From Raillietiella orientalis (lineage: Eukaryota): 64,000 nucleotides of DNA. Both the position numbers and the translations under genes were made by a program. Under the pieces are notes generated by a model, which made no database searches, was not told the origin of the DNA, and saw only the letters and a list, made by a program, of their open reading frames with translations. This document shows positions 13,001 through 26,900 of the stretch, piece by piece; position 1 is the first letter of the stretch; each line of letters opens with the position of its first letter. The stretch is taken from the NCBI GenBank assembly GCA_036172245.1, contig JAYWIR010000004.1, positions 4,402,001-4,466,000 of the forward strand. Direction: 5' to 3'.

Positions 13001-15425
13001 GTCGAAGGCACAAAAAAGCTGCTCTCACGCTGACAAAATCGGAACACGACTGTCGGTGGCTGCTGAACAGAAGATGAACATTCTTCTGTCCAAAGCCACC
13101 AATTTTCGGATTTGCGTCGTATGCGCCCTTTTTCACGTGGGCGCGTTCTAATGAAGGAATTTCGTTAAAAAAAAAAAAAAAAAAAAAGATGATTAGAAGA
13201 AAAATGATCCAGAAAACGCCCCCTTCACCGCCCCCCGTGCAAGAAAAAAAGAGAGGACAGGATTCGCAACAGATCTGCCGAACTGATCGATCATCCCTGT
13301 CTTCTTCCTGCTCCTTGAGAGGGCAATTCGGTGTGTGTTCCTTCGGAACTCATTCTTTGCTTCTGTGAACGCTACTTGCGATAACTTTCAGCAATACTGA
13401 AGATTCAATGTGCTCACAAGCTCATCAGCCCGGCATGCCCAACAGCCGGTCGTTTTCGTACCAATTAGACAAAAGCAACTCATCTCCCAATTACTGGGAA
13501 TCGAGTGTAAAGTGGGTACTCTGAAATTTCGTAGAAACCTCAGTGCGTATCTGTTTTCAGCCACCCTTCGGCATGCCATCTATTAATTGCAAGTGAATCC
13601 ACGTGTTCCTCACGCTAGAGAAATCCTGGCAACCGAACGCAATGGCAAATTGAAATCGAAATTACTCTCGTTGCAATTCCACCCTCGATACTCAAAATGC
13701 AAAAGGTACACTGTGGGGGGGTTCTTTCAAAAGGATGGGAATCAATGAGGAGGTTCTTAAAACGAGGCAACGATACAACCGCCTAAATAATTAAAGCCAA
13801 TACAGATGATTAAAATTATTCTGAAAACGGAAAACACGTAATCAAAAAAAAAAAAACACTCAATGAAGAAATACATAAATACGAAGAACAAGGAATGTTT
13901 CTTTTGGCTTGTCTACGACTTCCTTCACATTTGTGGGAACGGCACACGCAATGCAGCAGAGAATGACGAAATGGATAGCCACAGCGGCCACACTTTTAAG
14001 CCTGAAGTTAAATTTGCAGAGGCTGCTGCATTTTCAGCCAAAGGCATCTGCAGCATTACAACGATTTCAAACCCGCAAACTGACTGCATACGAATTACTG
14101 TGCTCAAGAGACTGACAGTGTGGAATTTCGGAAATGATCTTTCAACACTTCATGTGCCTGCAAACAAAAAAATGGAGTGGAGGATGTTTTCACTCGCAGA
14201 ACTGTGGGCAAAGCTGGTGCGGAGCGAAGGGCTTCAAGCTACGGATTCTCCGGGTTCATTTGGAAAAGGCATCCCGTTTGTGATTTTCCTCCGAGCAATG
14301 GGTCTCACGTGACCAGTGCGTGACCAGCTCGACTAGTGCAATTCTGAAGGTGCAGACGAGGAAGGAACTTTTGTCTCAAGTCCTCTGGTGTCAGGTTTTC
14401 CCAGTAACTTCTGCGGAACAGAGAGCAGACCACGCACCTGAGCGAGCCAGAGGCATGCGTGGTGTCAGCTCGTGTGTTTTCTTAGGGAGTGGAACTAAGA
14501 GAATCACATTAGTGGCGTCGATCAGGAGTGCTCATAACCATCATGGTGGCATCCTTCATCCTCAGCTAAACTTGCCGGGCACTACCAATCCCGTGTTCCT
14601 TTGTTCTCTAAAACTAACCACTATTTGCGAGGAGTCAAGACCAGTGAGGCAGGTACCATGATCGCATGGTTCCAGGAGAGCAAGTATTTGTCTCTTTCAT
14701 ACCAATGAGGAATGAACGTTGCAATTTCGTAATGACGGATGTCGTTTCAGACAACAGCAACAGCAACGAAGCGAACCTCGGAAGCGTTTGCAAAATTCTC
14801 ATACTGTACAAATTCGTTCGGTGTTCTCAGCTGCAAGAATAAACTGCCCCTGTCATTTCAGGAGCATTGAATGGGGCTAGTCTTCTTATGCACGTGAGGC
14901 CATATCTTCATCCTCAAAACAACGTAGCGCACGTAAAATTTCACCAGCCTGGATAAATACGATGGTATTCTTACCTTACCTCTTTGGTTATACTCTAGAT
15001 ACCGAGAATAGGTTTGTCCGGGAATTCCTCGCCCTCTATTGCACACATCAACAAGAAAGTATCCATTTGCTGATCATCGGAAAGTGAATTAATTCAGCAG
15101 ATGGACATCGAAGCTCTTGGAAAGTACTACAGAATCGAGAAGCAAAACCCGCAAGGAATGCAGGGAAGGTCTGCAAAATTCCAGGGAAATCAACTCTGTA
15201 CAGTAGCAATGACATCACATACGCACAATGATACATCCCTTCGATGGGGCTGATGCCGTATAATCCTCGTCCGAATCTCACTGAGTAACGTGGAAACGGA
15301 CGCGTTCTAAGACGGTTATTAATCATGTATGAAGAAAATGAAACCATATCCCAAAGAAATAGACCCTTCTTGAATATGTGATTGCATAAGTGGCTTGGGG
15401 AAGTCGACAAACGATAGCTGGAGTT

Positions 15426-15461
15426 CTTTACTGCCGAAGTCCGCTGACTTCGGCAGTAAAG
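15426..15461. repeat. Perfect 16-bp inverted repeat (4-nt loop)
   Basis: ctttactgccgaagtc-cgct-gacttcggcagtaaag. Confidence 0.95.
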
Positions 15462-15859
15462 TTTGAAATCACACGATTTTCTTCAGTGCAGTCACATCCA
15501 GGCGGTGATCCGAAGGGAAGCTAAAACCTGGAGTCTCGCAGCGCAGGGAACCAATAAGAGCTTCTGCTCCATGGAGAAAGATGCCACTAAAATTAAACGA
15601 AAGCAAAATACAAAGCAAGGGTTCATCGATTCGCTCACTCGGCAGTTGGATGAGAAGAAAATTCATTTCAGCTTGGATGATTCAATTCGAACTGACCCTG
15701 ATGAAACTCTCCATAGCTCAAAGACCATTCTTGAGTTGCGTTTGTAAATCTTTAACTTTTCTATCTGTGCTTACTTCCCTTTTTCTTAAAAAAAAAAAAA
15801 AAAAAAGGAAAAAAAGTAAGAGTTTATGATGCGCAGACTACGCAGATCTCCCAGAAAAA

Positions 15860-18380
15860 GAACCTGACACCACACTCAGCAACTATCTCCTGAAAAATCT
15901 CCGACTCACACCAACTCCTCTCCTTGCTCCACAGGGTGCGCCATTGGGGAGTATCAAGTCCTCATCCACATTCCTTGACTGCGTCCGGAGAGTGTTGCTT
16001 TGCCACGTTACTCCTAATCGGGGTCCTTCAGATGAAGAGCATGCGAGATCTCCTATGGGACAAGGAGTCCCTGAATCACGATCAAGACCCTCCTCTAGAG
16101 CCTTGGATCTTGTTTCTGATGAAACCAGCATCTCCCGCCGGCGTTTGGAAGTCGGTGTCCTAGGACGATGGACCAGAATGTTTCGTAATCAGTCCTGTTC
16201 AATGTGCCAGTAGTCACTGCTTGCTCGGAAGCCAATAATTTAGAAAAACTTTAGAAAGCTTTAGAAAATGGAGAAATCCTTCCGACCCCTGAGGTACGAG
16301 ATGGCGGGAAAACACGGATGAAAGTCGCGTGGTCTTCCCAAAAGCAAAAAAAAAAAGAAAAAAAGTGAAATTCAGGAAGCTGGAGAATAATCCGAAAGTG
16401 AACAGCCGAGAATGAAATCCAGGAGGTGCACAGTTACCTTAGAAAGAACAAAGCATCAGGCCGTGAGCGGAAGACCATGAGATGCCAGAAACTCACGGGA
16501 AGCTGCGGCATGACTTATAAGCTTCTGGTTTCGAAAGCAGCACGCCGGGGCCAGGCAGTCGTGCTTCCTGGCCAAAGAGAAGCTCACGCTGCTCCGCTTT
16601 GCCGGAATCCTCTGGCTTCCTGACGGCATCGTAAGCAGGGTGTTCGTTCTCCCGGAGAGTCCATCACCCAGCCGACTGAGCAGTGGACTTCCGCTGAGTG
16701 GATCGAATGGTGATCACCCCTGGATCCATGGCAAAGTAGGATCCATTAGGAGGTCTTTCGTGAGGAATGCCGATAGTAGCTGCATTAGAGGATGCCAGAG
16801 TTGCTGCAATGAGAGCGAACTCCCAGACTTGCCCGTAGAGCTCTGTGACCAAGGAAGCCAGCCTCTTCGGTGGAGAAAAGCCAGCGGATCTCGAGAGCAG
16901 TAATGTCGACTGTGAGGGAATGGAAGAGAAACAGAAAGTGACTTCAGAATTCCAGGAGACGTTCCAAAAGACAGGCAGCTCTCTAGCCAGTTCCTGATCT
17001 TCTGTTCTGTCGCTTCTCCGACCTTTGAAATGAATCTTCTTCCCCTCTGGCTTTAAGAAGAACGCACACTTGGCATCTAAGCGAAGGAAGTGCTCTTAGG
17101 ACTAGTACAGACGCAGTGGAACTTCTGGCTAGTACCCAAAAGCCTCGAACGTCCTGGAGTATTCCAAAGCGGAGGCTGATAATCCGGCGTTACTGGATCC
17201 CTATGGAAAGATCTCGAATTCCCATGCAGGAATCTTAGAGGACTCCATACGCCTCTTCGGGGGAGGCGACCCTTTTCCAAGAATGCTTGCTTACACTCAT
17301 CAGGGATCGAGAGTACCACTTTCAGAGCGCCATTTCGGCTGCAGTCATCCTGGACCGCATCCCCTCATCCCCCTCGCCCTCGCAGCGATCAGGGCTGAAG
17401 CGGGAATATTCTTCCCCGCAAGAGCGAACAACAAACGCACTTCCTCCCGTATCGGTTCCGAGGAAGCGGGTGCCGCCGGGAGAAGGCTCGCTTCCCGGGA
17501 GCGTTGCATTCTCCGCCCCTCCTCCCAGTCATCCCCTGCCTTCCTCCCCTAGTCTTCTTCCCCTCGCCCAATTAGCCAGGGTGGGAAATGGATGCTGGCG
17601 GCGCCGCCCAGCCAGCGCACGTGGATCCATGACTCATGGTGGGGATGGTGCCGCTCCCTACCGGTGGCAAAAACGCGCACGCTGGTAGGGTCGCTGCGGA
17701 GAGACAGGAACGAGCGCGCGTGCGATGTAGCTCGCTGTCGCCATGATCTCCCCGAGGAAAGACAGCTCGGCGTCTTCGACAAAGCTCCTCAGTACGGTGG
17801 CTGGTCTCCTTCGCTCCAATAGCTCTTAACACCTAATCCTGCGTGTTTCCTAGGAAACTTGGAACAGAATCCATTCGGTCAGCCACCGGCAGGTGCACTC
17901 TGTGGACGAAAGCATCCCCTGCAGCTGCTTGTCCGTTCATCAAGTGAATCATCGGGCAGATGTGGTGCTGAACCACATGCAGTAGCAGGGGAAATGCAAG
18001 CTCTGTCTTTCTTCGTCACTTCTCAAAACAGCCAAGGGCTGTCTGACGTCTTTTAGGGTGCAGCACTCATCAGTTTATGATGGTCAAATCGATACATAGG
18101 TCGGCCACGTTCTCCAGGTTCCATCTCAGCTGTTTGCAGCTCGAGATCCAGGAATGCTGCAGCTGCTTTTGGAGCACACAGTGGTTTTCCGTCTCCGCTG
18201 AATCCATCATCAAGGAAACTCTTTCGTGCTCATTCGATCACTGAGAAGAGCTGAAAGCGAGGTGAAGAACGCACGAAAAAAGAATGATAGAAAGGAACCC
18301 AGGAATCTAACCTAATCCGATTGCTCAACAGTTTGCCTTGGCGTGCAGAATCCCTGAAACCCAGCATTCTCAAGTTCGTA
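15860..18380 (+). mobile_element. Highly decayed CR1/L2-like LINE ORF2
   Basis: Collinear degenerate motifs: STFLDCVRRVLLCHVTPNRG..ALDLV (APE), EAHAAPLCRNPLAS, SGFKKN, TDAVEL..SIPKRRLI..LDPYG, GCSHPGP, EERQLGVFD (cf. KDLGV), LVRSSSE..CGAEPH, LNSLP. Many frameshifts; ends approximate. Confidence 0.6.
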
Positions 18381-21300
18381 CCATCAGCAGGAGACCCTGG
18401 TGAAGGCAACGGGACGAGAACTTTCCAATGAGACCAGCCGACAGTTTACCAAGTAATGTTTCTTAGGACGGAATGTTCGTTTGCGAAAAGCGTACACTGG
18501 GAATTCCTCCCAAATACTTGTTTGCAGTTGTTTTTTCCTCCAGAGATTCTTCCATATTCATAAAATAAAAGTTATCGCGAGTCAGTCTTTTGCTGCAGTG
18601 TATTATGGTGTTTCGTGAAGGTGCTCCAGTGTACGCTGCTCTAAGAATGACTCGTTTTACCAACTGAGCTAAAAGGGGAAGACCTGAACCAAGTCATGTG
18701 GGTTACCATTTTGTAGGTCCTCACCGTGGCGTGCGAACGAGGTCTGCTCGTCCGAACTTGCGGCCTTTTCACCGGGATGAAATTTGACACTTTATCTGTG
18801 ACCTGATGCACGACAACTCGGATCACAACAGCACCCATATTCAAAGTGTTGGTGTTTTTCATCACTCTCAGTCGTGATTACGCAGCATGGTTGATGACCT
18901 CCTGATGGCTTCCTCTCGTTGGCAATGATACTGAGCTGAACAGTCGCTTACCATTCAAGAGGAAAGCATGCAGCGGAGGAAAGGTTTATCTGCATAAAGA
19001 CAAGCAGTTTCTTACAAGACTAGGCTCTTTCACGGAAAACTTGTGCTTGCTAACCAGTTCGCTTAATCAAAGAGGATCGTGATCAAAGTGTCTCACGGAC
19101 AGACAAGGTTGCTCTATTCCTTGACAGCAATTTTCAAGTGTGTCTACAGTATTGCTAATCCATTTTGTATGAAGGTCATTGTAAACGGTAGTCTAATTCG
19201 AAGTAAGCACTTTTAATGATTTCATCAAGGACTATTTTAAATGAAAAAAATAGTTTATGTACAAGGACGATATTTGTGGAAATGAATTCGAGATGACATC
19301 TTCTGCCATGAAAAGAAGAATGGGTTGTTGATGAAAAAAGCACAAGCAATTTAAAGCATTACTTCTCGCCTCTTGCCGAAACCAAAGTCAACTTCTGGTC
19401 AGACCTCGTTTTTGCATCAAATGATCAAAACATGAGAAAGTGATGGTGAATTCATAATGGAGATTGATCGTAACTGAGCGGTTTCCTTGTGGAGCGTGCG
19501 GAAATCCTCGGAATTTCCTTGAGCGTTCTGGGAATGTTGGAAGATTAGCTATCGAAAACTGCATCTAGTACCAAGGAATCAGATCCCAATAAGGAATATT
19601 TATCGAAATATGGATGTCATTTGAGGAATAATTCAGTAGAAGGTTTTTCTTCTGAACACGTCAAGATGTATTCATTGAGTTGACGGGAGCGATAGGTCGT
19701 TTATTATTGAAGAACCAACTCGTGTTTAGGACTCTTGGAGAAATCGCCTTTCACACCTTTATAATCTTCAGCTATTTTCGAGATGCGTCTGACCTCTGGA
19801 GGTGTACCAGCCACTTTGTCCGATCTTTGAGGCTGATTCATTGTTTGAGAAGATCATCAGGCTCTCTTGTTAACTTATCCAGTTTTGTATTGCATCGAGA
19901 AGGTTTCTCACGTTTTCATTCTTTGTGGAATTGTCTCGATTTGATTATCGTGTCGATGGAAAGAGTGATTAATGTCTTCATCCGGGGAAATATGGATAAC
20001 GTAAGTGCTTTTGTTGTGTCACACCTGAAATCAGAACATGGATACCCTCGTCTCTGCACCTATTTTAAAGAGTACTCGCGGCTAGCTGCTCCTCCTAGTT
20101 CTCCTGAAAATACGAACCAGGCAGATGGAGCAGATGCTACTTGATAAACCAATGCTAATTTTGAAGTTTGATGAGACCACATGTCAAAGAAATGAAAAAT
20201 TTTTTTTCATCAGGACCTCGTCCATTTGAGAATACACTTCAAAACCATGTTTGCATTCCTAAGCAATGATCTTTTTCTCATAAGACACTAAAATATTTTC
20301 AGTGCTCAAGATCATCGATTCTCAACTTGGATTGTTTTTCCTTTCCTCTTCTGATACATCAAGCACCTATTTTTGAATATCAATTCCCGGAAAGGGAAAT
20401 ATTCGAATTGCAAAAAAGAAACACTAAGACTGCTATGAAAGTAAACTTGAAATGTCACTTGAAGTGGATTCAAAGCTCACAAATAGAAAGCGAAGTACAA
20501 GGTGCAGATGAGAGAGAGAGCTACCGCATGCTCTGTGTTATAAAATTCACTGCACAGCCTCATTATTACATAAAGATGTAATCATTATGTACTTCAGGAT
20601 AGAGTGAAAAATGTTCAGTCTCATTCTCTATCGGTGATTCACATTCAGCTGTATATGGGTTTTCCCATCAAAACTGGAAGAAAAAAAAAAAAAAACACGT
20701 TTGTAAACTTTCAGACGGCGAAATAATTGAAGAAAATCACATATGGTGACTCATAAGGCTCGAGAATCGAGATCCATATGCGTTATCCATGCATATCTCA
20801 TGTGATACGTATTTCGTGTGTACGAAAGATGAGTGTGTTAAACAGACTGGTTCAACTACGTGAATGACAGGGTGGTGAAATGGAGTTTGGTGAATCCTCT
20901 TTAAGATGCCTTTATCGTCTCGTCATGCTTCACTCTTTAGATACAGATGCTGGCACATCAGTATCTGAAATTCCACCTTGTCATCAAGTCAAGAAGGAAG
21001 CTAATGAAGCTAATGAAGAAGCTAATGAAGCATACAATTTTGTTGCAAAAGGTGACAGTCCTTCTGACCTTCGAAACAAAACCTTTTTAAAAAGCTTGAA
21101 GATGCTTCTTGCAAACAAAATTTTCCTTCTCGATAGTCAAAGGAAGCTGTCGACTGAAAGCTAATGAAAAGTATTGCTCTCAAAATAGTTTCCTGGGAAT
21201 TGTGCCACCACTCTCCACTCGTGTTTAGTTGCAATCCTTTCAGGATGAATTCTTGAGACAAGATGAACAAAAGATGCTGATATTCGCGGATCGATAATGC

Positions 21301-21960
21301 TAATGAAGTACTCCCATTCAAAAGTTCCTTTTGTGCCTCATAATTATGGCTAATCGGGAAATTTGCATAGTGCAGTGGATGCAACGATATGCTCAGATTA
21401 TGCACAGTGGATGCTTCACGAAAGATGTTGGGGCCCAGAGAAATCAAAGCTTATGACCAACGAACCGAGCGCTTTTCTGGAATGTATTCTTACTGTATTA
21501 CTCAGATCTGAGAGTCTTTCAATCATATTCCTTACGCCTTTCCATCAGTCTTGGCTCAGTTTTTCGCCCAACTTTGCTCCAGGGACTTTATGTACGTTTC
21601 CTTCTGCCTGTTTACAAGTTGCACCAAGGTTCAGGTGCTTGCCTGCCAGCCTCAGTTCCAAAAGACTCAGCCCGATCTGGTAGAGATCTTCAGCACAACG
21701 CACAACTTCTCAAGACACATCACGAGAGAGATTTTGCAGAAACTCGGAACGTTCAGTGGAAGAAAATGGATGCTTGGCATCTGGAAGTGTTGGACATCCA
21801 CTCCAAGGGGGAGACTTCATGCAATTCTTGTCAATCCCGTTTCTAGCATTTACTTATTCTGATGGTTCAAGACCCAGAAAAATCGTGAGTCTTGTCTGAC
21901 AAGCGGTTATTGAGAAAAGCAAAGAGCAAAGAGCATTATCCTGAAAGATTCAAAAGCTAA

Positions 21961-22239
21961 AGATTTTTGCAAAACTGGTATAACAAGCAGAGCGTTGTAA
22001 AAAACCTGGAAATCCTAGAGAGCAAGATTCTGTGCATCTTGATCTTGGCAGAGCAATGGTAATGGTATAATTGGTTGATCTCCAAAAAAGAATGAATAGT
22101 AGGTGCAAACGATAGATCGCGAAAGTTCCGTAACAGCCAGTGACTTTAATATAACTGGGTCGGTTTCATGTGCCATGATTGAGTCATGGTAGGTAATCAC
22201 TAACACTGACCAGAATATTGTGGAATGCAATGATAAACC
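21961..22239 (+). repeat. Diverged direct repeat, copy 1 (~280 bp)
   Basis: Aligns collinearly with 23664-23941, from agatttttgcaaaactggtat to tgcaatgataaacc, with many substitutions and indels. Confidence 0.9.
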
Positions 22240-23663
22240 CTAGGGATCTAACTGAGAGTAAGCATATAAATTTGAAATAAAATATTAAAATAAATTTCAA
22301 ATAAATTTGAGCATTTCAAACCGTGCTTGGCCTAGTACCAAACAGAGAAGTCTGAAAACTGGTAGAGTGTACATTAGAAACAAGCCGTAAGACCGAAAAC
22401 CTCTTAACTCCCTTATTTTCGCAAATTAGTATATACTTTAAGTTCCCTTCACTCACTTCTCCCCATACTTCGTTCGCGAATCGGATGCTGTGCCTATCAA
22501 TGCGCGAAAAGTTGCCGTAAATCGTTTTTTCATCCATTAAAATGCACTGTGAGTGTAAAGTTGGGTGTTCTGCAACGCTCGAGTCACTCTTCATCAGCCA
22601 AAACTGGACATTGCAAACAGTAACGGCTATCCAGCATGAGTGCCCGAACCTCTTAAAGAAATCCCAATAGAGGGAAAATTCGGAAGGCCCCTTTCATGAA
22701 GAGAAGCCTGCAAATGTGTCTAATGGATCTAATGGTCGCACATGGAGAGTTAGTGATTTCTTTTCCTTAGAGTTTGCTGTGTCGATTGTTTCTGCTGTTG
22801 TCAGGTTTCGATGCAGTGCACATGCATGAGTTACATGCATTTGAGTCTTCAATTTCAGCTTCCAGATGATGAAGCTTCAACATCTACCAGGCATTTTGCT
22901 GCACGCCTTTTTCGATTTTTACAAGACTGAAAGAAGTCCAGTCCTTGGAGACAATTCTCGAACCCTCAGTAATTGGATTTGAGATGCGACTCAAGAGCTG
23001 TGAAAGTTCAGTCATCGAGAAGGTTCAAAACACGATAAAAATCTTAGCAACTTTCAGAAGCACTGTGTTGAGGAAAAAATCACCAAATGGAGCATCTGTC
23101 ACTCGCAAATGAAATCAGTTGCAATCCCTGAAATCTCAAATGTTCGGTCTCCATGATCTCTGACACAGCTTAATCTATCAGCTTCAAATGAAGACGCTGG
23201 AAAACGCCTGTGATGACCATTCATCAGTGTTTTGCTGTCCTTGGGAAAAGCGTTTCTGGATTAAAGTGTATGTGTGCCCCATGAATCAGTTTTATGGGAA
23301 TAACTAATTTCCCTGTCCCCTTCCTACGCCATTAACCAACGGAATCGAAAGCGAATCATACAACAGGAATGTCCTTTGATGTAACAAAATGGAACTGTGC
23401 TTGAGAGATACAGGGTATTTCCTTATCTTGCAAGCTTAGGAGCCAAGTGATAAATACTCCGTGATTCTGACGTTATATTGAAACAGGGAACATGGGGTCT
23501 ACTATATTGATTCCAGCCAACACCACAAATTACAGGGTACTTCTCGTGGTCGGAAAAAAAAAAAATGGAGATAAAAGATGAGACCGCGTGATCCAAAAAT
23601 CCAGAAGATGGAAAGAGATTGGGATTTCTCTTCCGAAAACCCGATCGGTGTTCTATGAAGGTT

Positions 23664-23941
23664 AGATTTTTGCAAAACTGGTATGATTACCGATGAGCAG
23701 GGAGTGCGAAAAATCGGGAAATCCTAGAGCGGAAGATTCGATCTGTGGATCCTTATCCCGGCAGAGCAATGGTAATGGTATAGCTGGTTTGATGTCCAAA
23801 AAAGAATGAGCAGGTAGCAGCAAACGATAGATCGCCAGTGACTTTAATACAACTGGGTCGGTTTCATGTACCATGATTGAGCCATGGTACATAAGTAATC
23901 ACTAATATTGCCTAGAATATTGTACAGTGCAATGATAAACC
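23664..23941 (+). repeat. Diverged direct repeat, copy 2 (~280 bp)
   Basis: Shares blocks such as ggcagagcaatggtaatggtata and aactgggtcggtttcatgt with 21961-22239. Confidence 0.9.
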
Positions 23942-26900
23942 TTCTCGGAATATGGAAACGTTTTCGGTTGGCTGCTTGGCACCTCAGAAAGGTCAATTTT
24001 CCTTTTCCTTGCGCTTTAAAATTATGAAGCTTCTTATAATGCTCTGTCCACTTCGAATCCTTATATGCATTCTATCTGATGCAAGAAAAATTTAAGTTTG
24101 TGATTATTGAGAAATCGCTGATGCGCAGATCTCTGCTTTAATGATGGCTTGAGAAGCAGGTACAAGTTACCTTCGTAACGGAGGTTAATTTGAAGAATTC
24201 CTGTCCCAAACATTCTTTAACTTCCCTGCATACTAGTCTTCCATGGACTGCATCATGGACTCGAGAAACCAGGAAAACTCTTTAGCTCTCGAATCTTTCA
24301 GGATAATCTCTGTCCTTTGTTTCTCTCAATAAACGCTTGTTAAACATGACCTACGATTTTTCTAGGCCTTGAATCATCCGAATAAATAAATGTCAGGAAT
24401 GGGAATAACAAGAATTGCATGAGGTGTCCTTGAATAAGCAGCCGAAAAAAAGAAAAAAAAACTCTTTGAAAAAAGGAAGAAAGCACATTTGAAAGGATGA
24501 ATAAGGGAACCGAAAACATAAATTTCTAGTTCCCCTAAGGGAATACTGCAGCAACAAGAAGTTTAACGTTAATGAGATGCAATGAAGGGTCAGTGAAGTA
24601 ATAGTAGAGGTTCCAGATCTAGCGCTCCCACTGTCTTCAGGTGGCGTACTGATAAAAGCAAGTTTTCTCATGCTTATTTCCCATCATCTGCAGATATTTG
24701 CAACTATTTGCAATGCAGTGTTTCGACCACAGTGCAAGATGACTGATTCACGTGTACACTGTTACCTTCGTCAATTGTTCCATGTAAGCCTCGGGCTCCC
24801 CACAAGCAGAGGTCATGCCTGAGTGTGAAAAAACTCGCACTTCAACGAACACGAAAAAGAAGAAATGCAAGCCACCATTAATAGAATTTTAGGTGTTTAA
24901 AATCCACTTCAAGGAATGGATATCTGAATGCTGGAAACATATTTTGCTAGGAATTTCAAATGGCAGTTTAATCATTCTCTTCTAGCATGTGAATTGCTCC
25001 GAATTACTAGACATATGTGACTTTGTGGAACGCTTATTCAAAGAAAGAAGCTCAGAATTATCGTTCGAGGATGTGGAACAGGTTTGAAAAAAAGCTGTCT
25101 CAGAAAGCGCGCACAAGGGAAACCATTGATTTCTGGTATCCATCTAGAAGGATGAGAGGAAGCTGTAAGAAATCAAACTCGACAGAGAAGCGGAATAGTA
25201 AACGAAGACTGGCTGTTGCAGTTTCAGAGATCCCACCGTACTTCCGCATTCTCAAAAGAACAAATTACAGGTCATCTCAAGGGTCTGTGCTTCAGAACAT
25301 TTTGCCAATTCTTCCGCCTTTCAAAAAATCGCTCCCTTTTTAAGAACCGTTGAAACGCGTGAATTCCGAAACCGGTGAAACGGAGTTTTCTCTCTAGTCT
25401 TTTCTCTCTCTTTGTTTTCAGTCACTGCCTCTAAATGGGAAGACATTCTCATTTCGAGCAGTTGGTAATAAGAGGCTCTCGGAAAACGCACTGAAGCAAG
25501 GATGAGTCAAAAACCCCTGGGCTTAGAAGGATTGAGCAGGAAAAAGTCTTTGGGAGTTTCACCTGTTTTTCGTCAAGCAGGTTCTCAGTGAAACAAATTA
25601 TCCTGACTCTCTCAGAACATCCGCTTACGTCCGTTTTTGCTCGGTGGGAACTGCAAGAGCGCAGGGAAGAATTGTGATGGAATGAACCTGAAGTGTTTCG
25701 GGAAGATTGCTGAGAGATTTTCTGATCAGCACTATTCCACTAGCGAGTACATTTTCCAAGAAAATTCAGGTGAGGTACGGTTGGTATATGCATGTCACCA
25801 TCCTCACGAGTCAGTAGCTTTCAGATCTCACTGCAGTTTGGACTACAAAAAAGGATCCATATGAAGGCAAACCGGAAGACATTGGCATTCTCATGATGCA
25901 ACTTCAAGATGATGTCTTCGATATAGAGAGTTGCATGAAACATGGATCAGGAGAAAATCATCCGTTCGCAACCAACAACTTAATTGAATGTGACAGACGT
26001 TTTCTTCGGGCATCCTAGTTGAGAACTGCTGGCCGACAGCACATGTCACGATCCCTGTTTCCAACAAAAATAGCTGAAGACTGAAGCATTTTGCTAGATA
26101 CAGACGGAGAAACTAGCAGCGCAAAAAATCGGAACGGAAAAGAATGATAGAATAAGCGGAGGGAAGAATGTATTTATTGTATATACAAGTATGTGTGGAA
26201 TTGGAAAAATCACGAGAACAAACTTGCAACAGATTCCTTTAGAGTAACGATAAGAATCGGCACCGTCAAAAGATCCTTGTAAGTCGCTTCACATTTCCAG
26301 CGTTCAGAAGTATTCTTCTTTCTCACTCTCCTCCTCCTCCTGGTTTTGGATCGTCGCAAATAAAGACGCTTCATGCTTTCCAGAGATGAAACGTTCAGAC
26401 TAAACCCGCCTCTTGGATTCTCCCCCACAAGTCGTATCTCTTGGATTTCTCGTTCTCCCATTCAGCATTTAATTTATATGGCAACTTCTGGCTGTCATCT
26501 CACATCTTTTAGACCAGCAAAATATAGCAGTTCGCTCTAAAGATCTAATGATGGTTTTTCTCATCCGATGATGCGGCGGAAGTGGCAAAAGCGCGTTTTC
26601 GTCGAAGATCTGACCAAATAGAACGGCACTCGTCGCCTATTTCATCAGTCATCGATGTAGATGGTCCACTGATGGCACAAGCTACTTAGATTGGTTCCCA
26701 TAACCGATACCCGCGGGTAGTAATGAGGGTTACAACTGGCGAAGGACTTTCGCGAACTTCTGAAACCGTCAGAGATTCGAGAAACTGTCACAAAACCCCA
26801 ATTCATTGAAAATTTCAAACTTTACAAATCGATGACATGTTTTGGATCTTCGAATTCAGGTCGCAGGCCGCAAGGGCGCTTTTATGTAGAAAAAAACGAA

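Noticed and set aside
13863..14661. 149-aa and 113-aa ORFs with faint RT-like wording (SLKLNLQR)
   Set aside because: Too degenerate to call; no clear YADD.
22565..22600. Minus-strand CTGATGAAGAG-TGA-CTCGAGC hammerhead-like core; similar partial core near 10845-10862
   Set aside because: The GAAA core is mutated or missing in both.
26210..26461. Possible RLE C-terminal scrap (WENEKSKRYD..QEAG)
   Set aside because: A single weak motif.
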